64,000 nt of DNA from a bacterium (GTDB lineage: Bacteria > Bdellovibrionota > UBA2428), in contig JAACVK010000027.1 in NCBI GenBank assembly GCA_009991595.1, positions 22,587 to 86,586 on the forward strand, given 5' to 3'. Position 1 is the stretch's first letter, and each line of letters starts with the position of its first letter. Positions 30,408 to 39,068 of this stretch are shown here, piece after piece. The notes under the pieces were generated by a model. It was not told the DNA's origin. It saw only the letters and a list, made by a program, of their open reading frames with translations, and searched no databases. A program made the translations under genes and the position numbers.

Positions 30408-30809
30408 ATGATTAATGATCATCTTTCAGATTTTCTTACACGTTTAAGGAATGCAGGTCTTGCTAGACACACTCAAGTAGACACTTTCATGACAAAAATG
30501 AATGAAGGTGTTGCTGAGATTCTTTCCAAAGAAGGATACATCAAAAGTTTCAAGCCTCACCAAGAAGGAACTAAAAACTACCTGCGGTTGTTTTTAAAGT
30601 ACGAAGGTGGAGATCTTAGAAAGCCTTTGATTCAAGGTTTGAAGAAGATTTCGCGACCTGGTTTGCGTCGTTATGTTGCCTCTTCAGATATTCCAGTCGT
30701 TCGTAGTGGAATGGGCTTGGGAATACTATCTACATCGAAAGGAATTCTTACAGATAAGGAAGCTCGCCAACAAAAAGTTGGTGGAGAGTATCTTTGCTCT
30801 GTTTGGTAA
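30408..30809 (+). CDS. rpsH: 30S ribosomal protein S8
   Basis: 133 aa; DHLSDFLTRLRNA...GGEYLCSVW. Starts 2 nt after the rplE stop, so there is no rpsN between them. Confidence 0.97.
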   Translation: MINDHLSDFLTRLRNAGLARHTQVDTFMTKMNEGVAEILSKEGYIKSFKPHQEGTKNYLRLFLKYEGGDLRKPLIQGLKKISRPGLRRYVASSDIPVVRSGMGLGILSTSKGILTDKEARQQKVGGEYLCSVW

Positions 30810-30823
30810 GGGGTTGAAGTTAT

Positions 30824-31369
30824 ATGTCACGTTTAGGAAAACAACCTATTGATCTCCCAGAAGGCGTAAAAGTTCTTCTTAATGATTCATTGGTTAAAGT
30901 TGAAGGACCTAAGGGGAAGTTAGATTTTAACGTTCCTTATGGTGTGAAAATCTCTCAAAAAGACAAGCAAGTGGTTGTTGAGCGAATTAATAACTCCGCA
31001 GACGCTAGAGCTCGTCATGGTCTTGCTCGTCAGTTGATTAGCAATATGGTCCATGGAGTTAGCACTGGTTTTTCTCGTACACTTGAAATTAAAGGGGTTG
31101 GTTATCGTGCTCAAGCTAAAGGGCGTGAGCTCGGTTTGACTCTTGGCTTATCTCATCCAGTGAACTTTCCATTGCCTGAGTCGGTTACGGCAAAGGTTGA
31201 AGGAAACACCACTGTTATTTTAGAAAGTCCCGACAAAGCTTTGTTGGGCGACGTTGCAGCGAAAATTCGTTCTTTGCGTCCACCTGAACCTTACCAAGGT
31301 AAAGGCATTAAATACGCTGAAGAAACAATTCGTCGTAAGGCTGGTAAAGCTGCAGCTGGAGGCAAGTAA
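30824..31369 (+). CDS. rplF: 50S ribosomal protein L6
   Basis: 181 aa; MSRLGKQPIDLPEGVKV...EPYQGKGIKY. Confidence 0.97.
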   Translation: MSRLGKQPIDLPEGVKVLLNDSLVKVEGPKGKLDFNVPYGVKISQKDKQVVVERINNSADARARHGLARQLISNMVHGVSTGFSRTLEIKGVGYRAQAKGRELGLTLGLSHPVNFPLPESVTAKVEGNTTVILESPDKALLGDVAAKIRSLRPPEPYQGKGIKYAEETIRRKAGKAAAGGK

Positions 31370-31370
31370 G

Positions 31371-31736
31371 ATGATTGGTAAAAGAGCAAGAAGTAGAACG
31401 TCTGATAAATTGAAATCTCGTATGAGAAGGCACTTTCGCATTCGTAAGAAGCTAAGCGGAGATGCTGAGCGTCCTCGTTTTTGTGTGACTCGTACGAATC
31501 GTGGTTTATTTGCGCAGCTTATTGATGATGACAAAGGTGTTACTTTGGCTTCAGCAAGAACTCCGTTTAAGAAGACTGCCAACGTTGAGATTGCCAAAGA
31601 GCTTGGTGGTGAAATCGCCAAGAAAGCGCAAAGCGCAGGTATTAAGTCCGTTGTTTTTGATCGTGGTGGTTTTATCTATCATGGAAAAATTGCTGCTGTA
31701 GCCGAAGGTGCTCGAACAGCTGGTTTAGAGTTTTAG
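31371..31736 (+). CDS. rplR: 50S ribosomal protein L18
   Basis: 121 aa from the ATG at 31371, 1 nt after the rplF stop; RPRFCVTRTNRGLFAQLIDD...FDRGGFIYHGKIAAVAEGAR. The track ORF over-extends into rplF. Confidence 0.96.
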   Translation: MIGKRARSRTSDKLKSRMRRHFRIRKKLSGDAERPRFCVTRTNRGLFAQLIDDDKGVTLASARTPFKKTANVEIAKELGGEIAKKAQSAGIKSVVFDRGGFIYHGKIAAVAEGARTAGLEF

Positions 31737-31750
31737 TGAGGAATATATAA

Positions 31751-32242
31751 ATGGCTAATCATTCTGATAATAGAAAAGAAGAATCACCCTACATTGACCG
31801 AGTGATCAACATCAACCGCGTCGCTAAAGTGGTTAAAGGTGGTCGACGCTTCAGCTTTAGCGCCATCGTAGTTGTTGGTGATAAAAAGGGAAATGTTGGA
31901 ATTGGTCTTGGAAAAGCTGGTGAAGTTCCTGAAGCAATTCGTAAAGCTGGTGAAAAGGCTAAAAAGAGTTTGTTTCCTGTTCCAGTTGTTAATGACACTA
32001 TTCCTCACCAAGTTGTTGGACGTTTTGGCTCGGGCCACGTTGTTATGTTGCCTGCTGGAGCTGGTACCGGTGTAATCGCTGGTGGTGCCGTTCGTGCTTT
32101 GATGGAATGTGCCGGTGTAAAGAATGTATTGACTAAATGTGTTGGTTCAAACAACCCACATAACGTTTTGAAAGCAACTATTGAAGGGCTACGTCAGCTC
32201 AACACTAGAGAACAATATCGGAATAAGTTAAGCGCTAGTTAA
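31751..32242 (+). CDS. rpsE: 30S ribosomal protein S5
   Basis: 163 aa; [36 protein letters not shown]. Confidence 0.98.
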   Translation: MANHSDNRKEESPYIDRVININRVAKVVKGGRRFSFSAIVVVGDKKGNVGIGLGKAGEVPEAIRKAGEKAKKSLFPVPVVNDTIPHQVVGRFGSGHVVMLPAGAGTGVIAGGAVRALMECAGVKNVLTKCVGSNNPHNVLKATIEGLRQLNTREQYRNKLSAS

Positions 32243-32261
32243 GAATTTGAGGTTTATTGAG

Positions 32262-32441
32262 ATGGCTAAAATTTATATTAAGCAAGTAAGAAGTTCAGCC
32301 AGAACTAGAGAGGCTCATCTACGTACGTTGAAGGCTCTAGGTTTGGGAAAAAGAGGAAAGGCTCGTTTTATAAACGATACTCCTTCTGTTCGAGGAATGA
32401 TCCGAGCGGTTGTTCAATGGCTAGAGGTGAAGCATGTTTAA
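32262..32441 (+). CDS. rpmD: 50S ribosomal protein L30
   Basis: 59 aa from the ATG at 32262 (SD tgagg); [28 protein letters not shown]. Confidence 0.93.
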   Translation: MAKIYIKQVRSSARTREAHLRTLKALGLGKRGKARFINDTPSVRGMIRAVVQWLEVKHV

Positions 32442-32931
32442 GTTAGATAGTCTGAAAGCTCCTTTGGGAAGCAAGCAAGCTAAGAAACGTAAAGGTAAGG
32501 GCATGGGCTCTGGACTTGGAAAAACAGCCGGTCGTGGTCATAAAGGACAACGAGCTCGTGCTGGTAGCAACGTTCATCAAGGTTTTGAAGGTGGTCAGAT
32601 GCCACTTCAAAGAAGATTACCTAAAGTTGGCTTCAACAGCGGTGTTGAAGCTCATAAAGTGAGAATTAGTGTGACCGAGCTTGGCCAGTTTGCTGGGCAA
32701 GAGCTTGGTTTACTTGATCTTATGCCAAAGTCTTTTAGAAAAGACCCAAGAGCTCAGTTGACTCTTTCTGGTGGCCGAGCTCCTGCTGCATGGCCTAAGT
32801 CGGTAGAGGCGCACAAAGTATCGCCTTCTACTAAGAGTTTACTAGAAAGCAATTCAGTGACCGTTAAGATCATTGAGTATAAGAGTGGCAAATTGGGACA
32901 TCGCAAAGAATCTTCTAAGGCTAAAGCTTAA
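32434..32931 (+). CDS. rplO: 50S ribosomal protein L15
   Basis: 165 aa; [16 protein letters not shown]...[14 protein letters not shown]. Confidence 0.97.
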   Translation: MFKLDSLKAPLGSKQAKKRKGKGMGSGLGKTAGRGHKGQRARAGSNVHQGFEGGQMPLQRRLPKVGFNSGVEAHKVRISVTELGQFAGQELGLLDLMPKSFRKDPRAQLTLSGGRAPAAWPKSVEAHKVSPSTKSLLESNSVTVKIIEYKSGKLGHRKESSKAKA

Positions 32932-32965
32932 GGAAAACCTAAAGAGGGGCTAGGATACTCACATT

Positions 32966-34252
32966 ATGGATAGTCAACTAAGAACTCGCCTTTTATGGCT
33001 TTTTGGCCTTATTTTTGTTTTCAAAATTGGAACTCATATTCCAACTCCCGGTGTTGATGGACAAGCTTTATCTAGTTTTTTCAACGACCGAAGTCAGGGC
33101 ACAGTTTTTGGTCTAATGAACCTATTTTCGGGTGGAGCACTCGAGCAGCTCTCTTTGTTTGGTTTGGGAATTGGACCTTACATTTCTGCAAGTATCATCA
33201 TGCAGCTTGCGACCATTATGTTTCCTAGTGTCGAGCGCATGCAAAAAGAAGGCGAGCACGGTCGTCGTCAAATCACTCAAATTACTCGTTATCTGACTGT
33301 GGGAATTGCTCTTTTACAAGCTTTCATTATTGCCTCTCAGTTAGAGGGTCAAACAACCAGAGATGGTGCACCAATTATTCTTCAAGGTGGCTTGGCGTTT
33401 AGACTGACCGCAATGATGTTGTTATCTGCAGGTGCGGTTTTTGTTATGTGGATTGGTGAGCAGATTTCTGAAAAAGGAATAGGCAACGGATCTAGTATTA
33501 TTATCTTTGTTGGTATTGCGTCTTCCTTAATCTCTGGAGTGAATTCACTTAGATACTCCGTTGAAAACGAGCAAATCACGATTGCGGGTGCTTTGATTTT
33601 AACTTTGCTGATGGTGGGCGTCGTTGCCTTTATTGTCTATATGGAGCAAGGGCATAGGCGTGTTCCGATTCAATACACCAAGCGTATGGTGGGTAAAAAA
33701 ATGTATATGGGGCAAGACTCTCATTTGCCGCTGAAGATCAACAGTGCAGGTGTTATTCCTCCAATTTTTGCCAACACATTGATTCTTTTTCCAGCAACGG
33801 CTTTGTCGTTTGTGAGTGCTGAATGGGCGGCTACAGCTCGTGATTCTCTAACTCCATCGGGCTATTTGTTTAATATCCTTTATGTGGCCTTCATTGTATT
33901 TTTCTGTTTTTTCTACACTGCAGTGACTACAAACCCTTCTGACTTGGCTGATAACTTACGTCGTTTTGGCGGCTATATTCCTGGAATTCGACCAGGTAAG
34001 GCGACCTCTGAATATTTGAATACAATCATCACTCGTCTCACCTTTTCAGGCGCCATCTACCTTTCTGCAGTTTGTATTTTGCCGACAATCGTTATCTCTA
34101 CTTTCAAGGTGAATTTTTACTTCGGTGGTACAACTCTCTTGATCTTGGTTGGTGTTGCATTGGATACGATGAGCCAACTTCAAGCTCATTTGCTTTCACA
34201 GAATTACGATGGCTTTTTGAAGAATGCTCGTTTGAGAGGAAGAAAAGCTTAA
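32966..34252 (+). CDS. secY: Preprotein translocase subunit SecY
   Basis: 428 aa, multi-TM; IGTHIPTPGVD...LFSGGALEQLSLFGLGIGPYISASIIMQL. Confidence 0.97.
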   Translation: MDSQLRTRLLWLFGLIFVFKIGTHIPTPGVDGQALSSFFNDRSQGTVFGLMNLFSGGALEQLSLFGLGIGPYISASIIMQLATIMFPSVERMQKEGEHGRRQITQITRYLTVGIALLQAFIIASQLEGQTTRDGAPIILQGGLAFRLTAMMLLSAGAVFVMWIGEQISEKGIGNGSSIIIFVGIASSLISGVNSLRYSVENEQITIAGALILTLLMVGVVAFIVYMEQGHRRVPIQYTKRMVGKKMYMGQDSHLPLKINSAGVIPPIFANTLILFPATALSFVSAEWAATARDSLTPSGYLFNILYVAFIVFFCFFYTAVTTNPSDLADNLRRFGGYIPGIRPGKATSEYLNTIITRLTFSGAIYLSAVCILPTIVISTFKVNFYFGGTTLLILVGVALDTMSQLQAHLLSQNYDGFLKNARLRGRKA

Positions 34253-34258
34253 GTTTCG

Positions 34259-34939
34259 ATGGCTATGCAACGCTTTTTGATTATTTTGGGCGCGCCTGGT
34301 TCTGGTAAAGGAACTCAATGTAAGGTGCTTGCACAAAACAACCCTACCTGGAAGCATGTTTCTACAGGGGATTTGTTTCGCAAAGAAATATCTAGCGGTT
34401 CTGAACAGGGAGTAGAATTAAAAAAACTGCTCGATGCTGGGCAACTTGTTCCAGATGATACGACTATGGGCGTTTTTGAGTCGCAAGTTGATCAACTTAT
34501 CTCTAGTGAAAAAGTTGATTTCTTAATGTTGGATGGGTGCATTAGAACGAAGGCTCAAGCAAAATTTTTGAAAGAACTCTGTGAACGTCGATCAAGCGAG
34601 TTTAAGAAACCTACTATCGTTGAGCTAAATGTTCCTGAGGAAGTTTTAGTTAAACGCCTAACTGGGCGCTTGATTAACCCTCGGAATGGACGAATTTATC
34701 ACATCATTGATAATCCCCCCAAAGTTGCTGGAATCTGCGATGAGGACGGAGGCCCGCTTGTGCAGCGTGGTGACGACAAAGAGGACGTAATTCGCAAAAG
34801 ATTTCAGATATATAGGAATGAACGAGACCCTATCTTAGAGGTTCTCGATGAGCAAAATAAGTTGATTGTTATTGATGGAAATCAAGATACTTCTACTGTG
34901 ACTCAATTGTTAACTGAGGCCATAAAAAAATTGGCCTAG
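34259..34939 (+). CDS. adk: Adenylate kinase (long LID, no Cys4 zinc site)
   Basis: 226 aa; P-loop ILGAPGSGKGTQ; LID region GRLINPRNGRIYHIIDNPPKVAGICDEDGGPLVQRGDD. Confidence 0.95.
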   Translation: MAMQRFLIILGAPGSGKGTQCKVLAQNNPTWKHVSTGDLFRKEISSGSEQGVELKKLLDAGQLVPDDTTMGVFESQVDQLISSEKVDFLMLDGCIRTKAQAKFLKELCERRSSEFKKPTIVELNVPEEVLVKRLTGRLINPRNGRIYHIIDNPPKVAGICDEDGGPLVQRGDDKEDVIRKRFQIYRNERDPILEVLDEQNKLIVIDGNQDTSTVTQLLTEAIKKLA

Positions 34940-35016
34940 AAAGGCGCTTGAGCATTGACTCAAAGCGAAGAACAGCTAGAAAGTAGGCGGTTCATTTTAA
35001 TATAAGGAAGAATGCT

Positions 35017-35130
35017 ATGAAAGTGCGTGCATCAGTTAAAAAGATTTGTGATAAGTGTCAGATAATAAAGAGAAAAGGCATAGTGCGTGTGATTTGTGAA
35101 AATCCCAAGCATAAACAAAAGCAAGGATAA
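35017..35130 (+). CDS. rpmJ: 50S ribosomal protein L36
   Basis: Not in the ORF track because it is only 37 aa. Hand translation gives [39 protein letters not shown] aaggaag lies upstream. It ends 3 nt before rpsM. Confidence 0.93.
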   Translation: MKVRASVKKICDKCQIIKRKGIVRVICENPKHKQKQG

Positions 35131-35133
35131 AGA

Positions 35134-35517
35134 ATGGCTCGAATTGCAGGTGTAGATTTACCAAGAAATAAAAATATTGAGATTGCTCTCACTTATATTC
35201 ATGGAGTGGGCAAGACAACGGCGAAGAAAGTTGTGAAAGAACTCAACATCCCGGCTGATTTGAGAACAGATCAAATGGATGAAGGGCTTGTCGCTCGAGT
35301 TCGTGATTACCTCGAAAAAAATATGGCTGTTGAAGGCGATTTGCGAAGACAAACCGCGATGAGCATCAAACGCTTGATTGATCTTCAGGCTTATCGAGGT
35401 ATCCGTCATAGGAAGGGTCTTCCTGTGAGAGGACAACAAACACAATCAAACGGAAGAACACGTAAAGGTCCGCGTAAGACAGTTGCTGGTAAGGCTTCTG
35501 TTAAGACGCTTAAGTAA
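35134..35517 (+). CDS. rpsM: 30S ribosomal protein S13
   Basis: 127 aa; [26 protein letters not shown]. Confidence 0.98.
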   Translation: MARIAGVDLPRNKNIEIALTYIHGVGKTTAKKVVKELNIPADLRTDQMDEGLVARVRDYLEKNMAVEGDLRRQTAMSIKRLIDLQAYRGIRHRKGLPVRGQQTQSNGRTRKGPRKTVAGKASVKTLK

Positions 35518-35528
35518 GAGGTTGAAGA

Positions 35529-35915
35529 ATGGCTGCACCAACAAAAGTTAAAAAGAAAAGTATCAAAGCTCCTTCAGTAGGGGTTTGTCATATCAACACT
35601 ACTTTTAACAATACGATTGTTACAATTTCAGACACATCAGGTAACGCTTTATTTTGGAGCACCTGTGGAAAAAAAGGTTTTAAAGGGGCTCGAAAGAGTA
35701 CTCCTTTTGCTGCGCAAGTAGCTGCTACAGATGTTGCAGAAGCTGCTTATGAAGCGGGTATGAGAAGTTTGTCAGTTGAAGTCAAAGGACCTGGCGCAGG
35801 ACGTGAATCATGTTTACGTTCTTTAGCGGGTGCTGGTCTTCGAGTGACTGCATTGAAGGATGTAACACCAATACCTCATAACGGATGTCGCCCTCCTAAA
35901 CGCAGGAGAGTCTAA
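35529..35915 (+). CDS. rpsK: 30S ribosomal protein S11
   Basis: 128 aa; [22 protein letters not shown]...[13 protein letters not shown]. Confidence 0.98.
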   Translation: MAAPTKVKKKSIKAPSVGVCHINTTFNNTIVTISDTSGNALFWSTCGKKGFKGARKSTPFAAQVAATDVAEAAYEAGMRSLSVEVKGPGAGRESCLRSLAGAGLRVTALKDVTPIPHNGCRPPKRRRV

Positions 35916-35939
35916 CTTAACAAACAGGAGCTAGTGGTA

Positions 35940-36956
35940 ATGATACAGGAAAACTGGACTACATTAATTCGGCCTAAAGGGATCGAAGTCGACCGTAACT
36001 CGTTGACTCCAACTTACGGGAAATTTTCAGCCAAGCCTCTCGAAAGAGGTTATGGGCACACAATTGGAAATGGACTTCGTAGGGTTCTGCTTAGCTCTTT
36101 ACAGGGTTGCGCAATCGCAAGTGTAAAGTTCGATGGCGTTCTTCATGAGTTTGCTACTCTGAACGATGTCACCGAAGATATGGCAGATATTATTTTGAAC
36201 TTGAAGGGTGTTCGTTGCCGTCTTCAAGATCAAGGTCAGAAGATTGTAACTATCGATAAAAAAGGTCCTTGCGAATTAACCGCAGGAGACTTGGCTGTTG
36301 ATAGCTCTGTTCAAATTTTGAACCCAACTCACCATGTTGCAACACTTGGAAAAGATGCTCACATTCGTGGAGAGATTCTTCTTAAGTGGGGCCGGGGATA
36401 TGTTTCTGCTGACAAGCAAAAGCAAGAAAATAGCCCTATCGGTACGATTGCTATCGATAGTGTTTATTCTCCTGTTTTACGTTGTAACTATTCTGTTGCA
36501 AATGCTCGAGTAGGAAGTTCAACTGATTATGATCGTTTGAACATGGAGCTTTGGACAGACGGAAGTTTGTTGCCAGAGCAAGCCTTGGCTTACGCAGCTA
36601 AAATTATGAAAGAACAAGTTAGCATCTTCATTAACTTTGATGAAGAAGTTGAAGTTGTTGAGGTTAAAAAAGACACCGGCAAAAGCGACATTAATGAAAA
36701 TCTTTTCAAGAGTGTTGAAGAGCTTGAGCTGTCTGTTCGTAGTGCTAACTGTTTGCAAAATGCAAACATCCGTTACATCTACGAGCTCGTTCAAAAGACA
36801 GAGGCTGAAATGCTTCGCACCAAGAACTTTGGACGTAAGTCGCTTAATGAAATTAAAGATATCTTGCAGCAAATGGGCTTAGGCTTGGGTCTTAAGTTAG
36901 ATCTAACTCCTGAGATGATTTCTGAAAGACAAAGAGAACTTAAACAAGAGCCGTAA
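35940..36956 (+). CDS. rpoA: DNA-directed RNA polymerase alpha subunit
   Basis: 338 aa from the ATG at 35940, with SD aggag 9 nt upstream. The track's GTG at 35934 is too close to the SD. C-terminal domain [23 protein letters not shown]. Confidence 0.96.
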   Translation: MIQENWTTLIRPKGIEVDRNSLTPTYGKFSAKPLERGYGHTIGNGLRRVLLSSLQGCAIASVKFDGVLHEFATLNDVTEDMADIILNLKGVRCRLQDQGQKIVTIDKKGPCELTAGDLAVDSSVQILNPTHHVATLGKDAHIRGEILLKWGRGYVSADKQKQENSPIGTIAIDSVYSPVLRCNYSVANARVGSSTDYDRLNMELWTDGSLLPEQALAYAAKIMKEQVSIFINFDEEVEVVEVKKDTGKSDINENLFKSVEELELSVRSANCLQNANIRYIYELVQKTEAEMLRTKNFGRKSLNEIKDILQQMGLGLGLKLDLTPEMISERQRELKQEP

Positions 36957-36988
36957 GCTTTGTTTAATTAAGAGAAGGATCATTTGAA

Positions 36989-37459
36989 ATGAGACATAAG
37001 ACGTTATCAAGAAGACTAGGGGTTCCAACAGCCCATCGTATTTCTATGCTTAGAAACTTAAGCGCTTCTGTTGTTGAGCATGGGCGTATTAAGACGACGA
37101 CTGCTCGCGCGAAGTCATTAAGACCTTTTCTTGAGCCAATTGTTACTCGCCTAAAAGATCCTTCTGTTCACAACATTCGCCAAGCAGCTTCGACTCTAGC
37201 TAACCGTAAGGTCGCTCAGAGTATTGCCCACAAGATCTCTCCTGTAGTGAAAGATCGTAAGGGTGGCTACTTGAGAATTTTGAAGCTTGCTCAACCTCGC
37301 ACAGGTGACTGTGCTGATATGTCTATTATTGAGTGGGTTGACGAGTCTTTGGTTCCTTTTTATCAAGAATTGAAAACCAAAACGAAAGCAGTAGCCCCTA
37401 AAGCTAAAAAGGCACCTGCCAAAAAGAAAACTGCTGCTAAGAAAAAGAAGAGCAGCTAA
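36989..37459 (+). CDS. rplQ: 50S ribosomal protein L17 with Lys-rich C-terminal tail
   Basis: 156 aa; MRHKTLSRRLGVPTAHR...GGYLRILKL; tail KTKAVAPKAKKAPAKKKTAAKKKKSS. Confidence 0.95.
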   Translation: MRHKTLSRRLGVPTAHRISMLRNLSASVVEHGRIKTTTARAKSLRPFLEPIVTRLKDPSVHNIRQAASTLANRKVAQSIAHKISPVVKDRKGGYLRILKLAQPRTGDCADMSIIEWVDESLVPFYQELKTKTKAVAPKAKKAPAKKKTAAKKKKSS

Positions 37460-38692
37460 ATGAAATCACTCCTCTGGCTTCGCTTGTTTAAACTTGCGGT
37501 GCTAGTGGGGGTTCCTGTGCTTGCTGGTGTCTATTCTTACCAATTCACGCTTGTTCAAAGTGATGAGGAAGTTCCTTTTCAAAGTTTTCGAGCCCCTGAA
37601 ACATCCCTCTTTAATGCCCAAGTCAAAGCAATCTCTCAGCTAGAGCTTCGAGAGCCGATTACCATCGTTAACTTTTGGGCGACCTGGTGTCCTCCATGCG
37701 TTTCTGAATTTCCTTCTATGATCGAGCTTCAAAGACAGCTGGAGGGTAAGGGAGTTGAGTTGATTTTCGTAAGCGTAGATGATTCTTGGGAGAAGGTTCT
37801 TAAATTTCAGGACGAAAATGTGATTGATGTTCGAGCGGATCGTCAGTTTTGGGATCCTAGCAAAGAAGCTTCTTTGGCGTGGGGGTCGACTCGATTTCCA
37901 GAAACTTATGTCGTTAGAAAAGATGGTTGGGTTGTTGAGAAAATTGTTGGAGAGCAACGTTGGACCCGGCCAGTTGTTGTTAAGTATTTTCTCGATTTGG
38001 CCCAAGATGTGTCCGAAGAGTTGTCTAATTTTACTGACCTTGTCTTTCCATCTGCCTATGCGCAGAGAATTCATGAAGATGATAAAAAAACCCTCGATCA
38101 ATTGAAGAAGAATATTGAAGTTGCGACTGAAAACTTTTTAAATTCTCAGGCCGCTTTGCGAAATGAGCAACGAAACTTTTCTCAACTTAAAGTTAAAGTT
38201 GAAAAGCAAAAAGAAGAGTTAGAGCGAAGTAAAGAGCAAGAAAGTCAGCTTAGTTTGAAAAAGGCTGAGATTGAAAAAGCGCAGTTGAAAAATAAAACTG
38301 CCAGCAATACAGAAGCAAATGAGCGCAAAACGGTTGCTGAAGCCATTAAAGAATCCCAAAAAAAGATTACAGAGTTGGAGCGACAGCTAGAGACTGAGAA
38401 GGTCAAACTTGTTGAGCGTCAGAAGTTGCTTAGCACTCGTAATCAAAATTTAGAAAGTTTGAACAAGGCTAAGGATGCCTTGGATGAAGATATTGAAAAG
38501 ATTGATGGTCGCCTGGAAGCTTCTAAGAAGCTTGTTCGCGAAAAAGAGAGTGAGCTTAAGGGTGCAAGACGCGAGTTGCGTAACCGAGAAGGTGCCGTCA
38601 GTGATTTAGAGCGTAAGGTTAAAAAACATGAAAACTCAGTGGACGAGCAAAAGAAGAAACTCGTTGAGTTTGAGAAGATTTTAAAAAAGTAA
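37460..38692 (+). CDS. Membrane-anchored TlpA/ResA-like thioredoxin-fold protein fused to a ~200-aa K/E-rich coiled coil
   Basis: 410 aa. N-terminal TM helix, redoxin motif NFWATWCPPCVSEFP, then heptad-like charged sequence from about residue 205. The ATG immediately abuts the rplQ stop (taaatg). Confidence 0.75.
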   Translation: MKSLLWLRLFKLAVLVGVPVLAGVYSYQFTLVQSDEEVPFQSFRAPETSLFNAQVKAISQLELREPITIVNFWATWCPPCVSEFPSMIELQRQLEGKGVELIFVSVDDSWEKVLKFQDENVIDVRADRQFWDPSKEASLAWGSTRFPETYVVRKDGWVVEKIVGEQRWTRPVVVKYFLDLAQDVSEELSNFTDLVFPSAYAQRIHEDDKKTLDQLKKNIEVATENFLNSQAALRNEQRNFSQLKVKVEKQKEELERSKEQESQLSLKKAEIEKAQLKNKTASNTEANERKTVAEAIKESQKKITELERQLETEKVKLVERQKLLSTRNQNLESLNKAKDALDEDIEKIDGRLEASKKLVREKESELKGARRELRNREGAVSDLERKVKKHENSVDEQKKKLVEFEKILKK

Positions 38693-38707
38693 GTAAAGAG
38701 GATAGAA

Positions 38708-39013
38708 ATGGCAAAAATTAGTGTAATTCACAGAAACATAAAAAGAAAAAGAATGGCAGCCAATCAGGCGAAGGCACGCGCGGCATTAAAGCAACAGCGT
38801 TTAGATCCTAGCCTTTCTGATGAAGAGAGAGACTTGGCTGAGTTAAAGCTTCAGAAGTTGCCTAAAAACGGGTCTGCTGTTCGCGTCGTGAGTCGTTGTT
38901 CGATGACCGGTCGTGGCCGTGGTGTATACCGTAAGTTTGGTCTTTCTCGTATTAAATTTAGAGAATTGGCTCTTGAGGGCCGCATTCCAGGTGTGACTAA
39001 AGCTAGTTGGTAG
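38708..39013 (+). CDS. rpsN: 30S ribosomal protein S14 (long, zinc-free type), displaced from the spc cluster
   Basis: 101 aa; C-terminus [39 protein letters not shown] with no CxxC pairs. Confidence 0.95.
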   Translation: MAKISVIHRNIKRKRMAANQAKARAALKQQRLDPSLSDEERDLAELKLQKLPKNGSAVRVVSRCSMTGRGRGVYRKFGLSRIKFRELALEGRIPGVTKASW

Positions 39014-39068
39014 TGACCACTGGCTTTTTCGTCTTAGATTTTTAATTTTCTTCAAGGAGATACCTTAA

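Noticed and set aside
31254-31370. N-terminal over-extensions in the ORF track: rplR from 31254, rpsJ from 24510, rplD from 24858, rpmD from 32247, lptE from 53491, VOC to 17189, rpsT to 57971, and the 14482 and 17530 starts.
   Set aside because: The extensions overlap upstream genes or lack an RBS. Internal ATGs with SD sequences give N-termini that match the known families or expose signal peptides.
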